Counted from the stretch's first letter, positions 49,576-61,152 are shown. The stretch: 64,000 bases of DNA from Candidatus Hydrogenedentota bacterium (GCA_045863295.1 BTWA01000031.1:9218-73217); one strand, 5' to 3'. Translations and numbers: made by a program. The notes: generated by a model from the letters alone, not told the origin.

Positions 49576-52355
49576 TTACCAGCGCGTATTCGAGCTTAAC
49601 AAGTCGGTTGCCGATGCCGCATCGATTGGTTTCGAGAACAAATATCCTTGACCCTGATCGCAACGCATTCCCCGCAGCAATTCAAGATGTTCCGGCCGCT
49701 CCACCCCTTCGGCAATCGTCGACATCTCCAAGGCATTGGCCAGCAACACGATTGTCTTTACGATTTGAAGGCTTTCCGGCGTCACCGTCATGTCGCGAAC
49801 AAAGGCCTGGTCAATCTTGAGATTGTTCATGGGAAACCGGTGCAAATAGCTCAGGGACGAATAACCGGTTCCAAATCGTCAATCGACAATTGGATATTCC
49901 GTTCCCGAAGACGCTTTAACGTCGTGGTCACAAAATCGATGCTGTCGATAAAGGCGCTCTCGGTAATCTCCAGTTTCAAATACTGCGGTTCCAGACCCGC
50001 ATACAACAAGGTCGATTCGATCGATGGAATCAGATCGCGCTTGGTAAACTCTTTCACTGAAAGATTTACGCTGATGCCAAGATGCCGGGCGTGGGGTATC
50101 TGGATTTGCCATGTGCGAAGTTGACGGCAGGCGCCACGAAGCACGAATTCTCCCAGGGGCACGATCAGTCCCGTCTCTTCCGCGATTGGAATAAACTCGC
50201 CCGGGGAGACGATGCCGCGCTCGGGATGTATCCACCGGACAAGCGCTTCAAACGCGCTGATTTCGCCGGAGCGAAGATCCACGATGGGCTGATAATAGAC
50301 GCTCAGCTCGTCGCGCTCGAGCGCGCGGCGCAAATCGTTCTCCACCTGCAGTCTTGCCAGCGCCCGCGAATGCATGTCTGAATCGAACAGGGCGAATTGG
50401 TCGCCGCTCTGTGCCTTCGCCCGGTACATGGCCGTGTCTGCATTGCGCACCAACTCTTCCGGCTGAGTGTAGCTCGTGTCCCCAACAGCAATCCCGATGC
50501 TTGCCGTCGTGAAAATCTCCTGACCCTTGATCGTAAATGGCTCTTTCAAAACTTGCCTGATCCGCTCCGCCACATTGGTCGCATCCGAAACATCGTGGAT
50601 GCTCTCCAGCAACACGGCAAATTCATCCCCGCCAAGCCGTGCGACCGTGCCACCGAATTGAGCGACGCTATCCGTAGATCGCAACGACTTGGTCAACCGC
50701 TCGGCAAAGGACGAAAGCAGCGTATCGCCCACCACATGGCCCAGGCCGTCGTTAATGATCTTGAAGCGATCGAGATCCAGGAACAGCACCGCGTAATCAT
50801 GCTTCTTGGAGCGCTCTCCGCGCCGCATTGCCTGCTCGATGCGATCGAACAGCAGTGTGCGGTTGGGCAAAGACGTCAGCGAATCGTGCAACGCCTGATG
50901 GCTTAACTGTTCTTCAAACAATTTCCGGACCGTGATGTCCGTCTGCGATCCCGCCATGCGCGAGGGCTTGCCGCTCTTGTCGATCACGGCCGAGCCCCGG
51001 CACAGCACCCAGATGTAATTGCCCCCCTTGTGTCTCATCCGATGCTCGGATTCGAGGTGGCCCCGTTCCTCCGCCAAGTGGGCATCGATAGCCGCGCGAA
51101 GATTCTCCAAATCGTCCGGATGCACCCTGCTGAACCACTCCTCGGGCGATGTGCCAATCTCTTTTTCTTCGTACCCCAGCATGCCTTTCCATCGAGCCGA
51201 GAAATGGATTTCTTTTCGCGCAAGATGCCAGTCCCAAAGGCCGTCATTTGCGCCCTTGACCGCAAGCGCGTAGCGTTCTTCGCTCAATCGCAACGCCTCT
51301 TCCGTCTCCTTGCGCCGCTTCAAATCCGATTCCAACCGACCAACCATGCTGTCGAAATGGCGCCCCAACGCACCTATCTCGTCCGAACGTACGAGATTGA
51401 TCCGGCGGGAGAGATCGTGTCCCGTTTCAATTTCCGTCGCGTGATTCGTTAGCCGTGTGATAGGTTCCGTGACAACGCGCCGGAACAGGATGACCAGAAC
51501 CGCAAATGCCGCCACGACAATGCCCACTTGAACCAGCAGCCCGTTCTGAACTGCTTGCTGCGCGATCGCCAGCGTCTCCCGCTGAATATCCGCTTGGAGC
51601 GCGAGGGCCGGCTGCGCGTCCAGACCCGCGATGGTCGTGAACACGCGAAACGTCTTCCGGTCCGTGGCCACGGATTGAACGCCCCCAACGCCCTTGGCCA
51701 GCGCGTCTTGAATCTCGCGCGGCATGTCTGGATCGCCGGGAACCCACATCTGAAACGCGACGCCCGTCTGCCGGAAAATCTGAAGCAATACCGTCTGATC
51801 CAGAATTCGCCCAATCACGACCGACCCCAAGGCCCGCCCATCCGACTCCAGTACGGGGTGAGCCGCGACCATCACCGGCCCCATATCCGTGTTTAATATT
51901 CCCTTGATTGGAGTCCCGGATGGACCATGCTGCAACAACGGGGAGGTCTCAGACCATTGCCTGCTATCAAATGCGTCGATGACGAGTTCGGTCTGCGTCT
52001 TGAGATCCAGAGCGCCGCCCCACGCTACGGTCCCGTCCGTGCGAACCAGGTAGAGAAGGCTTATTTTGTCCCCCACAAGCGCCTCATTCACCTGTTGACG
52101 GTTGGGGATTCCGCCGTGTCCAGTGAGCGAATGTGCGGCTTCCGGACGCGCGGCCAGATCCCGCGCCGTGCGCGCGATCCGGGTAATGGCCTCGACCAGA
52201 GCGTCCTCACAGCGCTGTAAATCGCGCGCCGCCACTTCCTCTTCCACGGGATCGAGTTGCGGCAACACAACGTACCGCTGGAGTCCGTACCCCAGTCCCA
52301 TCACGAGGCCGAAGGCAATCAGGAGCGCCAATTCGACCTTTGTGCGCAATGACAT
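49576..52355 (-). pseudogene. CHASE4-like/HAMP/PAS/GGDEF/EAL c-di-GMP enzyme with a 1-nt frameshift in the EAL domain
   Basis: GGDEF and FEALVRW are intact. GAC GAT TTG GAA is one T short of GAC GAT TTT GGA (DDFGTGYSSLSYL) at 49873-49875. The rest (LKIDQAFV, AEGVE, GQGYLFSKP) continues in another frame. Confidence 0.9.
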
Positions 52356-52569
52356 TCTCAAATTCCTCAAAAGTGAGCGAGAAAGCGCACCACGATGCAA
52401 TACACCACTTCCCCAACATACCCATAGACGCCAACCTATACTATCGTATCAAGACCACTTTCGGATAATCATCCGCACCAGAGCAAGGCCGGTTGACCCT
52501 GGCGGTCCGGGATTGGATAATCGAATTCGCGCCTTGCGGGGCGCCAAGGAACAATTGGGGGACTAAGGT

Positions 52570-53898
52570 ATGCGAGGGAACATCAGCAGACGCGTCTTTC
52601 TATCCAGCGCGGCGGCAGCAGGCCTGGGGGCCGCTGCACCGGCCTTCGCGGGTACGCCCGGAGATAAGCTCAACATAGCCGTCATAGGTGTCGGATCCAT
52701 GGGCAGCGGAAACCTGCGCAACGTGGCCAGTGAAAACATCGTTGCCCTGTGCGACGTGGACCACGAGTACGCCGGCAAGACCTTCAGCCAGTTTCCAGAC
52801 GCCCGCAAATACACGGATTACCGCGAAATGCTGGAACAACAGGCGGATATCGACGCTGTTGTGATTGCCACACCCGATCACACCCACGCCGTTATCGCCA
52901 TGGCGTGCATCCGGAAAGGAAAGCACGTTTATTGCCAGAAACCGTTGACGCACACCGTGTACGAATCGCGGATGCTGGCCCAGGCCGCGAAAGAGACCGG
53001 GGTCGTCACGCAGATGGGCATCCAGGGACATTCGACTTCGGACATTCGACTTATTCGCGAATGGATACAAGCCGGCGTGATTGGCGAAGTGCGGGAGGTT
53101 GATGCCTGGTGCAGCCTGACGTATTACCCGTGGGGCCATGCCAACTGGAGTTCCCCCGTCGGCGCGCGCCCGGCGGAGATGCCGCCCGTGCCGGCGGCGT
53201 TGGATTGGGATCTGTGGATCGGACCCGCGCCCGAACGGCCCTACCACCCTTGTTATCACCCGCGCACGTGGCGAAGCTGGTGGGATTTCGGCTGCGGCAT
53301 GATGGGAGACCGGGGAGCACACACATTCGATCCCATCGTATGGGCACTCGACCTCGGCGCGCCCACTTCCATCGACGGTAACGCCACCGATCTCAATGAG
53401 GAAACGCACCCCATTGCCTGTCTTGTGCGCTATGAATTTCCCGCCCGCGGCAGCATGCCGCCCGTGACGCTGACGTGGTATGACGGACTGCGCCCGCCGC
53501 GCCCCAAGGAACTCGCCGCCGACGATGTATTGGGCAATCCCCAGGAAGGCGGTGTGCTTTTTAAAGGTTCAGAAGGCATGTTGACCTGCGGGGTCTACGG
53601 TGACAAACCACGACTGCTTCCCGCATCGCGCATGGCGTCCTTCGCACCTCCGGCACCCACAATCCCCCGAGTGGAAGGCACGCACGAAGACGATTGGATT
53701 CGCGCGATCAAATCCGGTGGCAAAGCCTGCGCCGACTTCGCCTACGCCGGCCCGCTCACCGAAACCTGCCTGCTCGGCAACGTCGCCAAACGCATGAACA
53801 CAAAGCTTGAATGGGACGCCCAAAACATGAAGTTTACCAACAAACCTGAAGCCGACCCGTTCGTACATAAAGTCTACAGGGAGGGGTGGACACTATGA
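52570..53898 (+). CDS. Gfo/Idh/MocA oxidoreductase (Tat signal)
   Basis: SRRVFL, IGVGSMG, ATPDHTH, YCQKPL, GDRGAH. Confidence 0.93.
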   Translation: MRGNISRRVFLSSAAAAGLGAAAPAFAGTPGDKLNIAVIGVGSMGSGNLRNVASENIVALCDVDHEYAGKTFSQFPDARKYTDYREMLEQQADIDAVVIATPDHTHAVIAMACIRKGKHVYCQKPLTHTVYESRMLAQAAKETGVVTQMGIQGHSTSDIRLIREWIQAGVIGEVREVDAWCSLTYYPWGHANWSSPVGARPAEMPPVPAALDWDLWIGPAPERPYHPCYHPRTWRSWWDFGCGMMGDRGAHTFDPIVWALDLGAPTSIDGNATDLNEETHPIACLVRYEFPARGSMPPVTLTWYDGLRPPRPKELAADDVLGNPQEGGVLFKGSEGMLTCGVYGDKPRLLPASRMASFAPPAPTIPRVEGTHEDDWIRAIKSGGKACADFAYAGPLTETCLLGNVAKRMNTKLEWDAQNMKFTNKPEADPFVHKVYREGWTL

Positions 53899-54027
53899 TC
53901 AGGAACCGCGCCGCATAATAAACGTGATCGCGTCAAGCAATTCGTAACGAGGCAGACGGACCGTGGAATCCGTTTGCCTCCTTTCTCGAATCCGCCAGGC
54001 CACATACCCTGTTTTGGACGCAAATTT

Positions 54028-54843
54028 TCAACTGTCCACCAGGTTCGGATAAGCACCGCGCAGGCAGCCGGAATGAAATCGAACGTCTCCGGACGCCAAC
54101 GCGGACTCAAGCATCGTGTGGTCACCGTTGAATAGCTCACCCTGCTCGCCAAGCACGCATAATCCGACATGCTCGGAAGGAAGTAGGCGCACGAGGTCCA
54201 CAGCGTCCTCTAAGATGTCATGCCACTGTTCCGAAAGGACCCTCGCATCCGGCGATGGACCTTCAAGATCCAATGTATCCAACTCAAGCTTTGAATACCG
54301 CGCGGAACGACCCGCCTGTTCCAGAATTTTTACAGGACTGATGGCCGGATCTTTACTGGAGGCCGCCCAAGCCAGATAGCCCAGACGCTGAATTCGTTGA
54401 TGGCAATAGATAACGTCAACCCAGTCCCTCGCCTCCAGCCGCCCAACCAATGCAAGTACCTTATTGGTCGCCAAATCAAACGGATGTAAAACGAGCCCGA
54501 ATTCAGCATGCTCCACCAACGGAAAGAAACGAATCGCACTGTCGGCCGTCCACTGCATAAGTACTTCGCCGGACTCCACACGCACCACCGCCTCCACATA
54601 ACCGGCACGTTCCCGGATAACGTCGGTCTCGTATCCGTGTTGCTCCAACAATGCACGGTCCGCCTGCCAACTTGCATCGACGGCTTCTACCCTGTCATGA
54701 AACAAACCGATGTCGCGCGATAAGCGGGCGGAGCGAGTGGCCTCGCCCAACGCGGTGCCGCCTGCCACGTAACTTTCTCCGCTGGCAATCCGGTTGCCGG
54801 CTATTAGCTTGCAGATGTTTCGTTGGAATTCTGTGAGAGCCAT
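54028..54843 (-). CDS. AbiEii/AbiGii-like nucleotidyltransferase toxin (possibly inactive)
   Basis: VAGGTAL, RLSRDIGLF, ATNKVLAL, RLEARDWVD. Confidence 0.75.
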   Translation of the reverse strand: MALTEFQRNICKLIAGNRIASGESYVAGGTALGEATRSARLSRDIGLFHDRVEAVDASWQADRALLEQHGYETDVIRERAGYVEAVVRVESGEVLMQWTADSAIRFFPLVEHAEFGLVLHPFDLATNKVLALVGRLEARDWVDVIYCHQRIQRLGYLAWAASSKDPAISPVKILEQAGRSARYSKLELDTLDLEGPSPDARVLSEQWHDILEDAVDLVRLLPSEHVGLCVLGEQGELFNGDHTMLESALASGDVRFHSGCLRGAYPNLVDS

Positions 54844-55031
54844 CGTCTCAGTTCCGCCGCCTTCTTGTATGCCGCAAGGTCGCCGTGACGTTCAATCGGA
54901 CTAAGCACATGATCAATCTCATTCTGGGTCACGGGATAGTAATCGGTGCGCAAATATCAAAGGCAACGCGTACGGTATTCGTCGACAAGCGCGCGAATTC
55001 GCCCTGCATTGGTTGGTGAACCGGTGTCCAT
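54804..55031 (-). pseudogene. Small putative antitoxin with an in-frame TGA
   Basis: MDTG...LVDEYRTRCL*YLRTDYYP...IERHGDLAAYKKAAELRRWLSQNSNETSAS. The frame stays open past TGA 54957-54959 and overlaps the toxin start. Confidence 0.6.
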
Positions 55032-55239
55032 GGGCAAAATTGTACCTGTATTACCCCGGTCTCTTCCAAAGCAGCCAAGCACAGGTAAGAAGTTGCCAAC
55101 AACGTGCGTTACATCCAGTCGTAAGTGGGGGCTACAACTCCCACTACTTTTGTCTGCGCTTCTACCCTTCGAAGCCGTCGCCCAATGCACAATTGCCCGC
55201 CTCCTCCCAATGAATGCTGCCTTCCAGCATTCGTCGCTT

Positions 55240-57516
55240 TCATGGCATGTAGGGCACAGGCGCCCTAACGCGCTGCCAGTGGGGTGTTATCGAAGCCAGG
55301 GCGTTCGGCACATCGCCACCGCCGCCTTGCAACACGCCGCGCCACGCGCCCTCATTGTCGCGCCACAAGGCCACGTCAACCCGGTCCTCAAGTCTTATGG
55401 CGAAGTCATTCGTTCTTATCGATTTCAAGCCGCCGACCGCAAGTGCCTGTACGTTTCCTGACGCGTCCAGCCGCACGGCCACGATCCCCTCGGCATCTGC
55501 GGCCACTGCGTGTCCATTCACGGCAAACGTCGTGTGTATCGGATCCCCCAACACGCGTGACTCCCCCGACGCCACGATCACCGTGCCGTCAATGAGCCGG
55601 GACATTCCCTTTCGGCGCGGCACAGCCGATTCAGAAAAACCGTGTTGCCCGCGCGATTCCGAAGGAGTCTGTGGCTCTTTGCCTTGTTCACGAAGTTGCG
55701 TCACGATGTCCGCCACGCACGCATCCGCATCCATCACCATCATGCCCTGTGGCAAGTGAGCTGCGCCGTCGAAGGCCCGCCCATCGAAATCCATTGTCCA
55801 ATCGCCCACGCGATAGCACGCCGTGCCGCTGACATTCGAGAACAACGCGGCCACGTCCGCACGTGAAAACTGCGGACGGTACAACACCGCGGCGGAGTAC
55901 TGCTGTATTCCATACTGCAGCCGGCCATCGTCCGCAACGGTGAGCGCGCCTTCACCAATCTCGCTGCTCGGTATCAGATCGGCATAGTACCCGGCACGCC
56001 ACAACGCATCGCACAAGCCGACGCCACTGTCGCCCAGGGACGGCCCAGCCCAGTTCATCGCGGCCGCATGGCCAAACACCACCGCCACCGGGCAATCGAC
56101 CGGCGAACTCGAAATGTAATTCAATAGCCGCACCCGCTGCTCCGCGCGCATTAAATCACCGTCCAGCAAGCTCACCGTCATGTGTTCCAGTTCGCCCGGA
56201 TACACCGGATGAAAATTCACTCGGCCGCCTGCAAGCGCGGCGCGCCAAAGTTCATCGGCGTAATCCTCTCGCTTGCCGCTGTAGTACATGTTGTACCAAA
56301 TCGGACTCCGCCACTTTTTGGCAAGCGCGGTTCGCGCGCTGTACGGCGTGGTCTCGTCCGTCTGTGCCAAATCCCGTTTGCACGCCCACCAGCTCAATCC
56401 ATTCTTAAAAACTTCTTGTTTGCCCGGAAATGGATACCACGTGGGGTGTGTGGCCAACATCGCCTCACCGCCAAACACTTCCTTGACGGCCGCGCAATAT
56501 AGATTCTCGATGTCACGGTTGCGTTGCCAACTCATCTCCATATAGTGGTTGATCGCCGCAATGCGTTCCCCCTCGCGCCCATCTTCCCCCCGGGCCATCA
56601 ACAGCATGTCCCGCACCAGATCGTGGCCGGGCCGCAGTAGAGCATAGGCTGCTGCCATGGCATCCGAATACCAAAGATCGTCCGTGCGCACTTCGAATCG
56701 CCCTGGAAATCCCCACTCGTCCTTGCAGGCCCCGGTTAACGGCACATCGGCATACTGCTTAAGGATATCCCGCTCAAACTCCGGCAAGCGCGGGGAAAAT
56801 ACATCCGGCGTTAACAGAGTAAAAGCGGCGACAAGTGAAACCGTCATTCCTTCGGTCGAAGCGTCGCACGGAATCGCGATTGTCACGTCTCGCACATCCG
56901 CGTTTACTATCCTGCAATGATCCGTAATGTCCGATACGGTTGCCGGTGCAATCCCTTCCGGCCCGGTCCGGTAGGCATACACCCTCACAACCCGGCTGGA
57001 AACTGTTCGATACGTGTTTGCGCTGCGAAACGTGTAGTGATCGCTCAGGTCCATCGACTCAACCGAAACGGTTGCCTCGCCTGTCCCGGGCAGAACAACA
57101 TCCCGAATACGCACTATCTCCTGAAGGTCATCGGGATACTTGCGCCAAAACGCCTCCCGCGCAAGCCGGACATCCAGATCCATCACCATGCCCAGCCCGT
57201 GCGACTTCGCATACAGCGCGGCCCGCTTGATCTGATCGTGCACTTCGGGATCCGTGACCTCGACCGGATGCCGGATGCTGGTGGTCAACAATTCGATTCC
57301 CGTGTGCTCGGAATAGAGATCGACAAAACGCTTGTACCCGTCCGGCTGAAATTCCTCGTCAGTCCAGAACCAACATCCAATGCCGGGCCATGAAGTGCGA
57401 ATCGCGTTGTCTGGCGCATTCGGCAAGTCGATCCGAAGCGATCGCACCGGTTCGCTCGCAAGTACTTCCAGGCAAACAAAGATCCCCAATACCGCGAATA
57501 CGAAAAGACGGAACAT
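55240..57516 (-). CDS. Exported hypothetical protein, probably glycoside-hydrolase-like
   Basis: AAGGAGGAG ribosome-binding site, signal peptide MFRLFVFAVLG, Trp/Tyr-rich, DEWGF, C-terminal VAVVFG segment. Confidence 0.65.
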   Translation of the reverse strand: MFRLFVFAVLGIFVCLEVLASEPVRSLRIDLPNAPDNAIRTSWPGIGCWFWTDEEFQPDGYKRFVDLYSEHTGIELLTTSIRHPVEVTDPEVHDQIKRAALYAKSHGLGMVMDLDVRLAREAFWRKYPDDLQEIVRIRDVVLPGTGEATVSVESMDLSDHYTFRSANTYRTVSSRVVRVYAYRTGPEGIAPATVSDITDHCRIVNADVRDVTIAIPCDASTEGMTVSLVAAFTLLTPDVFSPRLPEFERDILKQYADVPLTGACKDEWGFPGRFEVRTDDLWYSDAMAAAYALLRPGHDLVRDMLLMARGEDGREGERIAAINHYMEMSWQRNRDIENLYCAAVKEVFGGEAMLATHPTWYPFPGKQEVFKNGLSWWACKRDLAQTDETTPYSARTALAKKWRSPIWYNMYYSGKREDYADELWRAALAGGRVNFHPVYPGELEHMTVSLLDGDLMRAEQRVRLLNYISSSPVDCPVAVVFGHAAAMNWAGPSLGDSGVGLCDALWRAGYYADLIPSSEIGEGALTVADDGRLQYGIQQYSAAVLYRPQFSRADVAALFSNVSGTACYRVGDWTMDFDGRAFDGAAHLPQGMMVMDADACVADIVTQLREQGKEPQTPSESRGQHGFSESAVPRRKGMSRLIDGTVIVASGESRVLGDPIHTTFAVNGHAVAADAEGIVAVRLDASGNVQALAVGGLKSIRTNDFAIRLEDRVDVALWRDNEGAWRGVLQGGGGDVPNALASITPHWQRVRAPVPYMP

Positions 57517-57520
57517 CCCG

Positions 57521-59695
57521 TCACTCCTCCTTAAACAATCCATGATACCGGCCCATCCAATACGCCAACAGGTACGATGCCCCCGAATCCTCCCGCATGC
57601 CTTCGGGATCCCCGCCATCGGGTTCATACGGATCCTGGTTCCATTTTTCGAAGTTGCGCTCGTCCGCAGGCAGGCAGTCCAAAAGTACCCGGCGTCCAAA
57701 TCGATTCGGACGGCGATCAAACACAACATCGGCGCGATGACTGTTCTCCATACGCCACGAACGTCGATCCACGGGCATCTCCGCCAAAGTCCGCACCCCG
57801 CCCCGGATATCCGCGTGATTAGGGTCAAGGGTGGCATAGACAAATGTGAAGAAACTTGCGCGTTCCGCTTCTTCAACCATCCAGTGCCGCCGCACGGCTT
57901 GATGCAGGGCCAGTCGAATGCGCGGATCCCGCTCGGTTTGTAGAATTGGATACCACGCGCAGAATCCCAACTGATCGTCGGAATGATTCACCTCGTCCGG
58001 AAAGACTTTTTTCTCCGTGAGGATGTTACTCAAATAGTCGTGCTCCTGCATCAAGTCTAAATACAAGTCCCGATACTTCCGGTCGCCCGTGACGTGAAAG
58101 GCGGTGTTAAGAAACGAGCAAATCTGCAATGCGTTCAGCCCATTCTCCAAGTAGCGCGAAGGATCCTGGTTCAGCGTCTTCGGATTCCACGTGCCCCAGC
58201 GTGTGGGCTTGCCGTCAATATCGATCACAACCAGATCATGATCGATCAGATAGTCGGTCATCGCGCGCACCTGCCGGAGCAACACCTCCGGCTCCGCCGC
58301 GTCATGCCGCGCTATGTGCTCCCAATAGGCGAAAAAGGCCATGTAGTGGCCGCAATACTCGTCCGACGAAGTGTCGCCTCGCCAATAAAGCGTTCCATCC
58401 GGATTCGAATGCCACTCATCGTCGACACGCGGTGCTTGACTATTGCGACGCTCCCTGTCGTTCCATTCGTCCGGCGTCAGAACACTCCGCGCCGGCAATC
58501 CCGGCACCCCGGAGGCGTTTTGCAACATGTACAACGCCTTCATACCTGTGCGCGCGGACTCTTTATACGACTCCTCGCCGGTCGCCCCATATGCGAGACT
58601 CATTGCCGTCACATGGTATGCCGTCCACAAGCCATCATTGGGCTGATCCCGGATCACAAACGATGCCGTATCCGAGGGATCTTCAAACTCGCATGCCGCC
58701 ACAAGCCCCATCCTGCGGTGTCGCTCATTTACCAACCCCTCGATCGCATCCGCCTTTTCGCGGAGCGTCGTCGCCTCAACATGCAGCAAACTCAGTCCAG
58801 CAGGCGTGGCCACATACACCGTGCGCCCGTCCGCCGACAACGCAAGATCGCTAACCCGGTCATCCGCAAGATAACGAGGTCCGGCACGGTAAAACCATAC
58901 GCGATCCGAATCAGAAGGCCGGTAGTGAACCAACCCGCGTGTCGTTCCTATCCAGAGGTTGTCCTCGGCATCCACGGTCAGCGCCGTTATATCTTCGTAG
59001 GGTAAGCCATCTATGCCGCGCAGACTCTTGAATGGGCCCTTGGAAATGAGTCGGGTCAGGCCCACCGGAGTGCCGATCCAAACGCTGCCGTCACGCGATG
59101 CCGCCATCGCCGTAATACGCGACGCCAAGGGTCCATCTACACCATAGTGCTCATGCCGAATCGGTTCCGATCCGTAATCACGGCGAAAAAGGCCGGTCTC
59201 CGTGCCGATCCACTGCGTATCGCCCACACGAACGGCATCGTTCACGGAGATACTTCGCCCAACAGCCTCCGCCCCAAAATCAACCGGACTACTGCCTGCC
59301 AGACGCTTCCGCAATTGGATCCGCGCGGAAGCTTGTACATCGAGGCTTGCATCGCTCGGAACGTGAACATCTGCGGGTTCGAACGCGTTCTGTTCGTTCA
59401 GTGCGTAAACTTCTCCTTCGGACCAAACATAAACCGATCCGTTCCACACCGCGACCGCTTCCGCGCCCACCCCGGAAGGCACCTTTATGAGTGCACCCCG
59501 GCGGTGCTCCAGTTGCCTCCCCACACGGACCGGCAATTCCTTGTGCTCGCCAAGTTCCTCAAGCGGAGGTACCATATTGCGGGGCCGGTACCCCGGCTCC
59601 AATTCGGTTTTCAGCGAATCCCAATCGCTCGCCCGAGGCGTACTGGCCCCCAAAAAAAGCAGCGTAAAAACGAATCCAATCCATGTGCGACTCAT
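57521..59695 (-). CDS. Exported propeller plus helical-barrel protein, paralog of 28805-31846
   Basis: YGVDGPL, WFYRAG, NDGLWTAYHV, MLQNASG, DTSSDE, NHSDDQL. GGAGAGG ribosome-binding site. Confidence 0.8.
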   Translation of the reverse strand: MSRTWIGFVFTLLFLGASTPRASDWDSLKTELEPGYRPRNMVPPLEELGEHKELPVRVGRQLEHRRGALIKVPSGVGAEAVAVWNGSVYVWSEGEVYALNEQNAFEPADVHVPSDASLDVQASARIQLRKRLAGSSPVDFGAEAVGRSISVNDAVRVGDTQWIGTETGLFRRDYGSEPIRHEHYGVDGPLASRITAMAASRDGSVWIGTPVGLTRLISKGPFKSLRGIDGLPYEDITALTVDAEDNLWIGTTRGLVHYRPSDSDRVWFYRAGPRYLADDRVSDLALSADGRTVYVATPAGLSLLHVEATTLREKADAIEGLVNERHRRMGLVAACEFEDPSDTASFVIRDQPNDGLWTAYHVTAMSLAYGATGEESYKESARTGMKALYMLQNASGVPGLPARSVLTPDEWNDRERRNSQAPRVDDEWHSNPDGTLYWRGDTSSDEYCGHYMAFFAYWEHIARHDAAEPEVLLRQVRAMTDYLIDHDLVVIDIDGKPTRWGTWNPKTLNQDPSRYLENGLNALQICSFLNTAFHVTGDRKYRDLYLDLMQEHDYLSNILTEKKVFPDEVNHSDDQLGFCAWYPILQTERDPRIRLALHQAVRRHWMVEEAERASFFTFVYATLDPNHADIRGGVRTLAEMPVDRRSWRMENSHRADVVFDRRPNRFGRRVLLDCLPADERNFEKWNQDPYEPDGGDPEGMREDSGASYLLAYWMGRYHGLFKEE

Positions 59696-59852
59696 ACAAC
59701 CTCTCCCAATTCGGCGCCACAAAACGCCATAGCTGGAAGTATGCCGTAATCGCATCGTTCGATACAGAGACTGGGGCGCGAGATGCCAACCCTGGCGACC
59801 GTGTGATACATTGGCCTTTGCTGTCCAAGCGCAATTACAGGAGCCCGAGCAA

Positions 59853-61088
59853 ATGAGAACCGCCGTCGTACTTGCAACCGTTCTGTTGGGTGCTCTACAA
59901 AGCCCGGCCGGTGAATCGCCCCAGTTTCGCGGGCCTGCCCGCGATGGCCGGTTTCTGGAAGAAGGACTGCTAAAAACATGGCCTGAAAACGGCCCGCACA
60001 AGGCGTGGGTCGCCACAGGCATCGGCCGCGGTTACTCGTCCGCTTCCGTGGCGGACGGAAAAATCTTCGTCACCGGCATGCGCGACGACGAGATGGGCGT
60101 TCTCTCCGTCCTCGACCTGCAGGGCACGGTAGTTCGCACGATTGACTACGGCAAGGAAACAACCGAGAAGCAAGCCCCAGGCGCGCGGTCGACCCCAACG
60201 CTGGATGGCGATCATGCGTTCATCCTGTCTGGCACCGGCGTCCTGTATTGCATTGATTGGTCAAAAGGCGAGACCGTCTGGGAGGCCAATATCCTCGAAC
60301 GTTTTGAAAGTCAGTTGCCGATTTGGCACTACTCCGAATCGGTACTGATCGACGGCGACCATGTCATCTGTACGCCCGGTGGAAAGAAAGGCGTGCTCGC
60401 CGCGCTGAACAAGAAGACGGGCGAAACCGTCTGGGCAACAATGGGACTGGAGGACACTGCTTCCTATTGCTCGCCCACCATTTTTCAACACGGCGGCAAG
60501 CGAATCCTGACTACCGCCACCGCAGGCCATATCGTCGGTGTCGATCCGTCAAACGGCGCGTTGTTGTGGGCATTCGCGCACAAAGGTCCTTACGACATCC
60601 ACGGCGTCACGCCCATTTACAGCAACGGCCTCCTCTACTACGTCGCAGGCGACGGATTCGGAGGAGGCGCCCTCGAGTTGTCCGCGGACGGCACCAGCGT
60701 CACGCCCAAATGGGAAAACAAAACCCTTGATTGCCTGCACCACGGCGTCGTTCTCGTCGATGGCTATCTTTATGGCGCGGGATACAAGGGCGGCGGGGCG
60801 CTCGAATGCCTCGAAATGGCCACTGGAAATGTTATGTGGAGCACCAAGGACGTGCGCGAAGGAAACGTCGTCTATGCCGACGGCATGCTCTACGTTTACG
60901 AAGGACCAAAGGCCGGCGCCGTCAATCTCGTAAAGGCCCAACCCTCCGGATTCGAACGAACCGGCACATTCACGATTGCCGACGGGGGCGACGACAAACA
61001 CTGGGCCCACCCAACCATCGCAAATGGAGTCCTGTATATCCGCCACGGCGATGCCCTGGTCGCATACAATATCCAGAATGCACCATGA
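59853..61088 (+). CDS. PQQ-binding-like beta-propeller protein
   Basis: PQFRGPARDG, GYSSASV, RSTPT, GETVW repeats, WAHPTIANGVLYIR. Confidence 0.88.
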   Translation: MRTAVVLATVLLGALQSPAGESPQFRGPARDGRFLEEGLLKTWPENGPHKAWVATGIGRGYSSASVADGKIFVTGMRDDEMGVLSVLDLQGTVVRTIDYGKETTEKQAPGARSTPTLDGDHAFILSGTGVLYCIDWSKGETVWEANILERFESQLPIWHYSESVLIDGDHVICTPGGKKGVLAALNKKTGETVWATMGLEDTASYCSPTIFQHGGKRILTTATAGHIVGVDPSNGALLWAFAHKGPYDIHGVTPIYSNGLLYYVAGDGFGGGALELSADGTSVTPKWENKTLDCLHHGVVLVDGYLYGAGYKGGGALECLEMATGNVMWSTKDVREGNVVYADGMLYVYEGPKAGAVNLVKAQPSGFERTGTFTIADGGDDKHWAHPTIANGVLYIRHGDALVAYNIQNAP

Positions 61089-61152
61089 TTCCTGTCAAAT
61101 ATCCCGGACCGAAACGCATCCCACGGGGCCGCCAAAAAAAGGATGTGGACAC

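Noticed and set aside
54957..54959. Alternative genetic code or selenocysteine explaining the in-frame TGA
   Set aside because: TGA terminates many intact genes in the window, and no SECIS or redox context was recognised.
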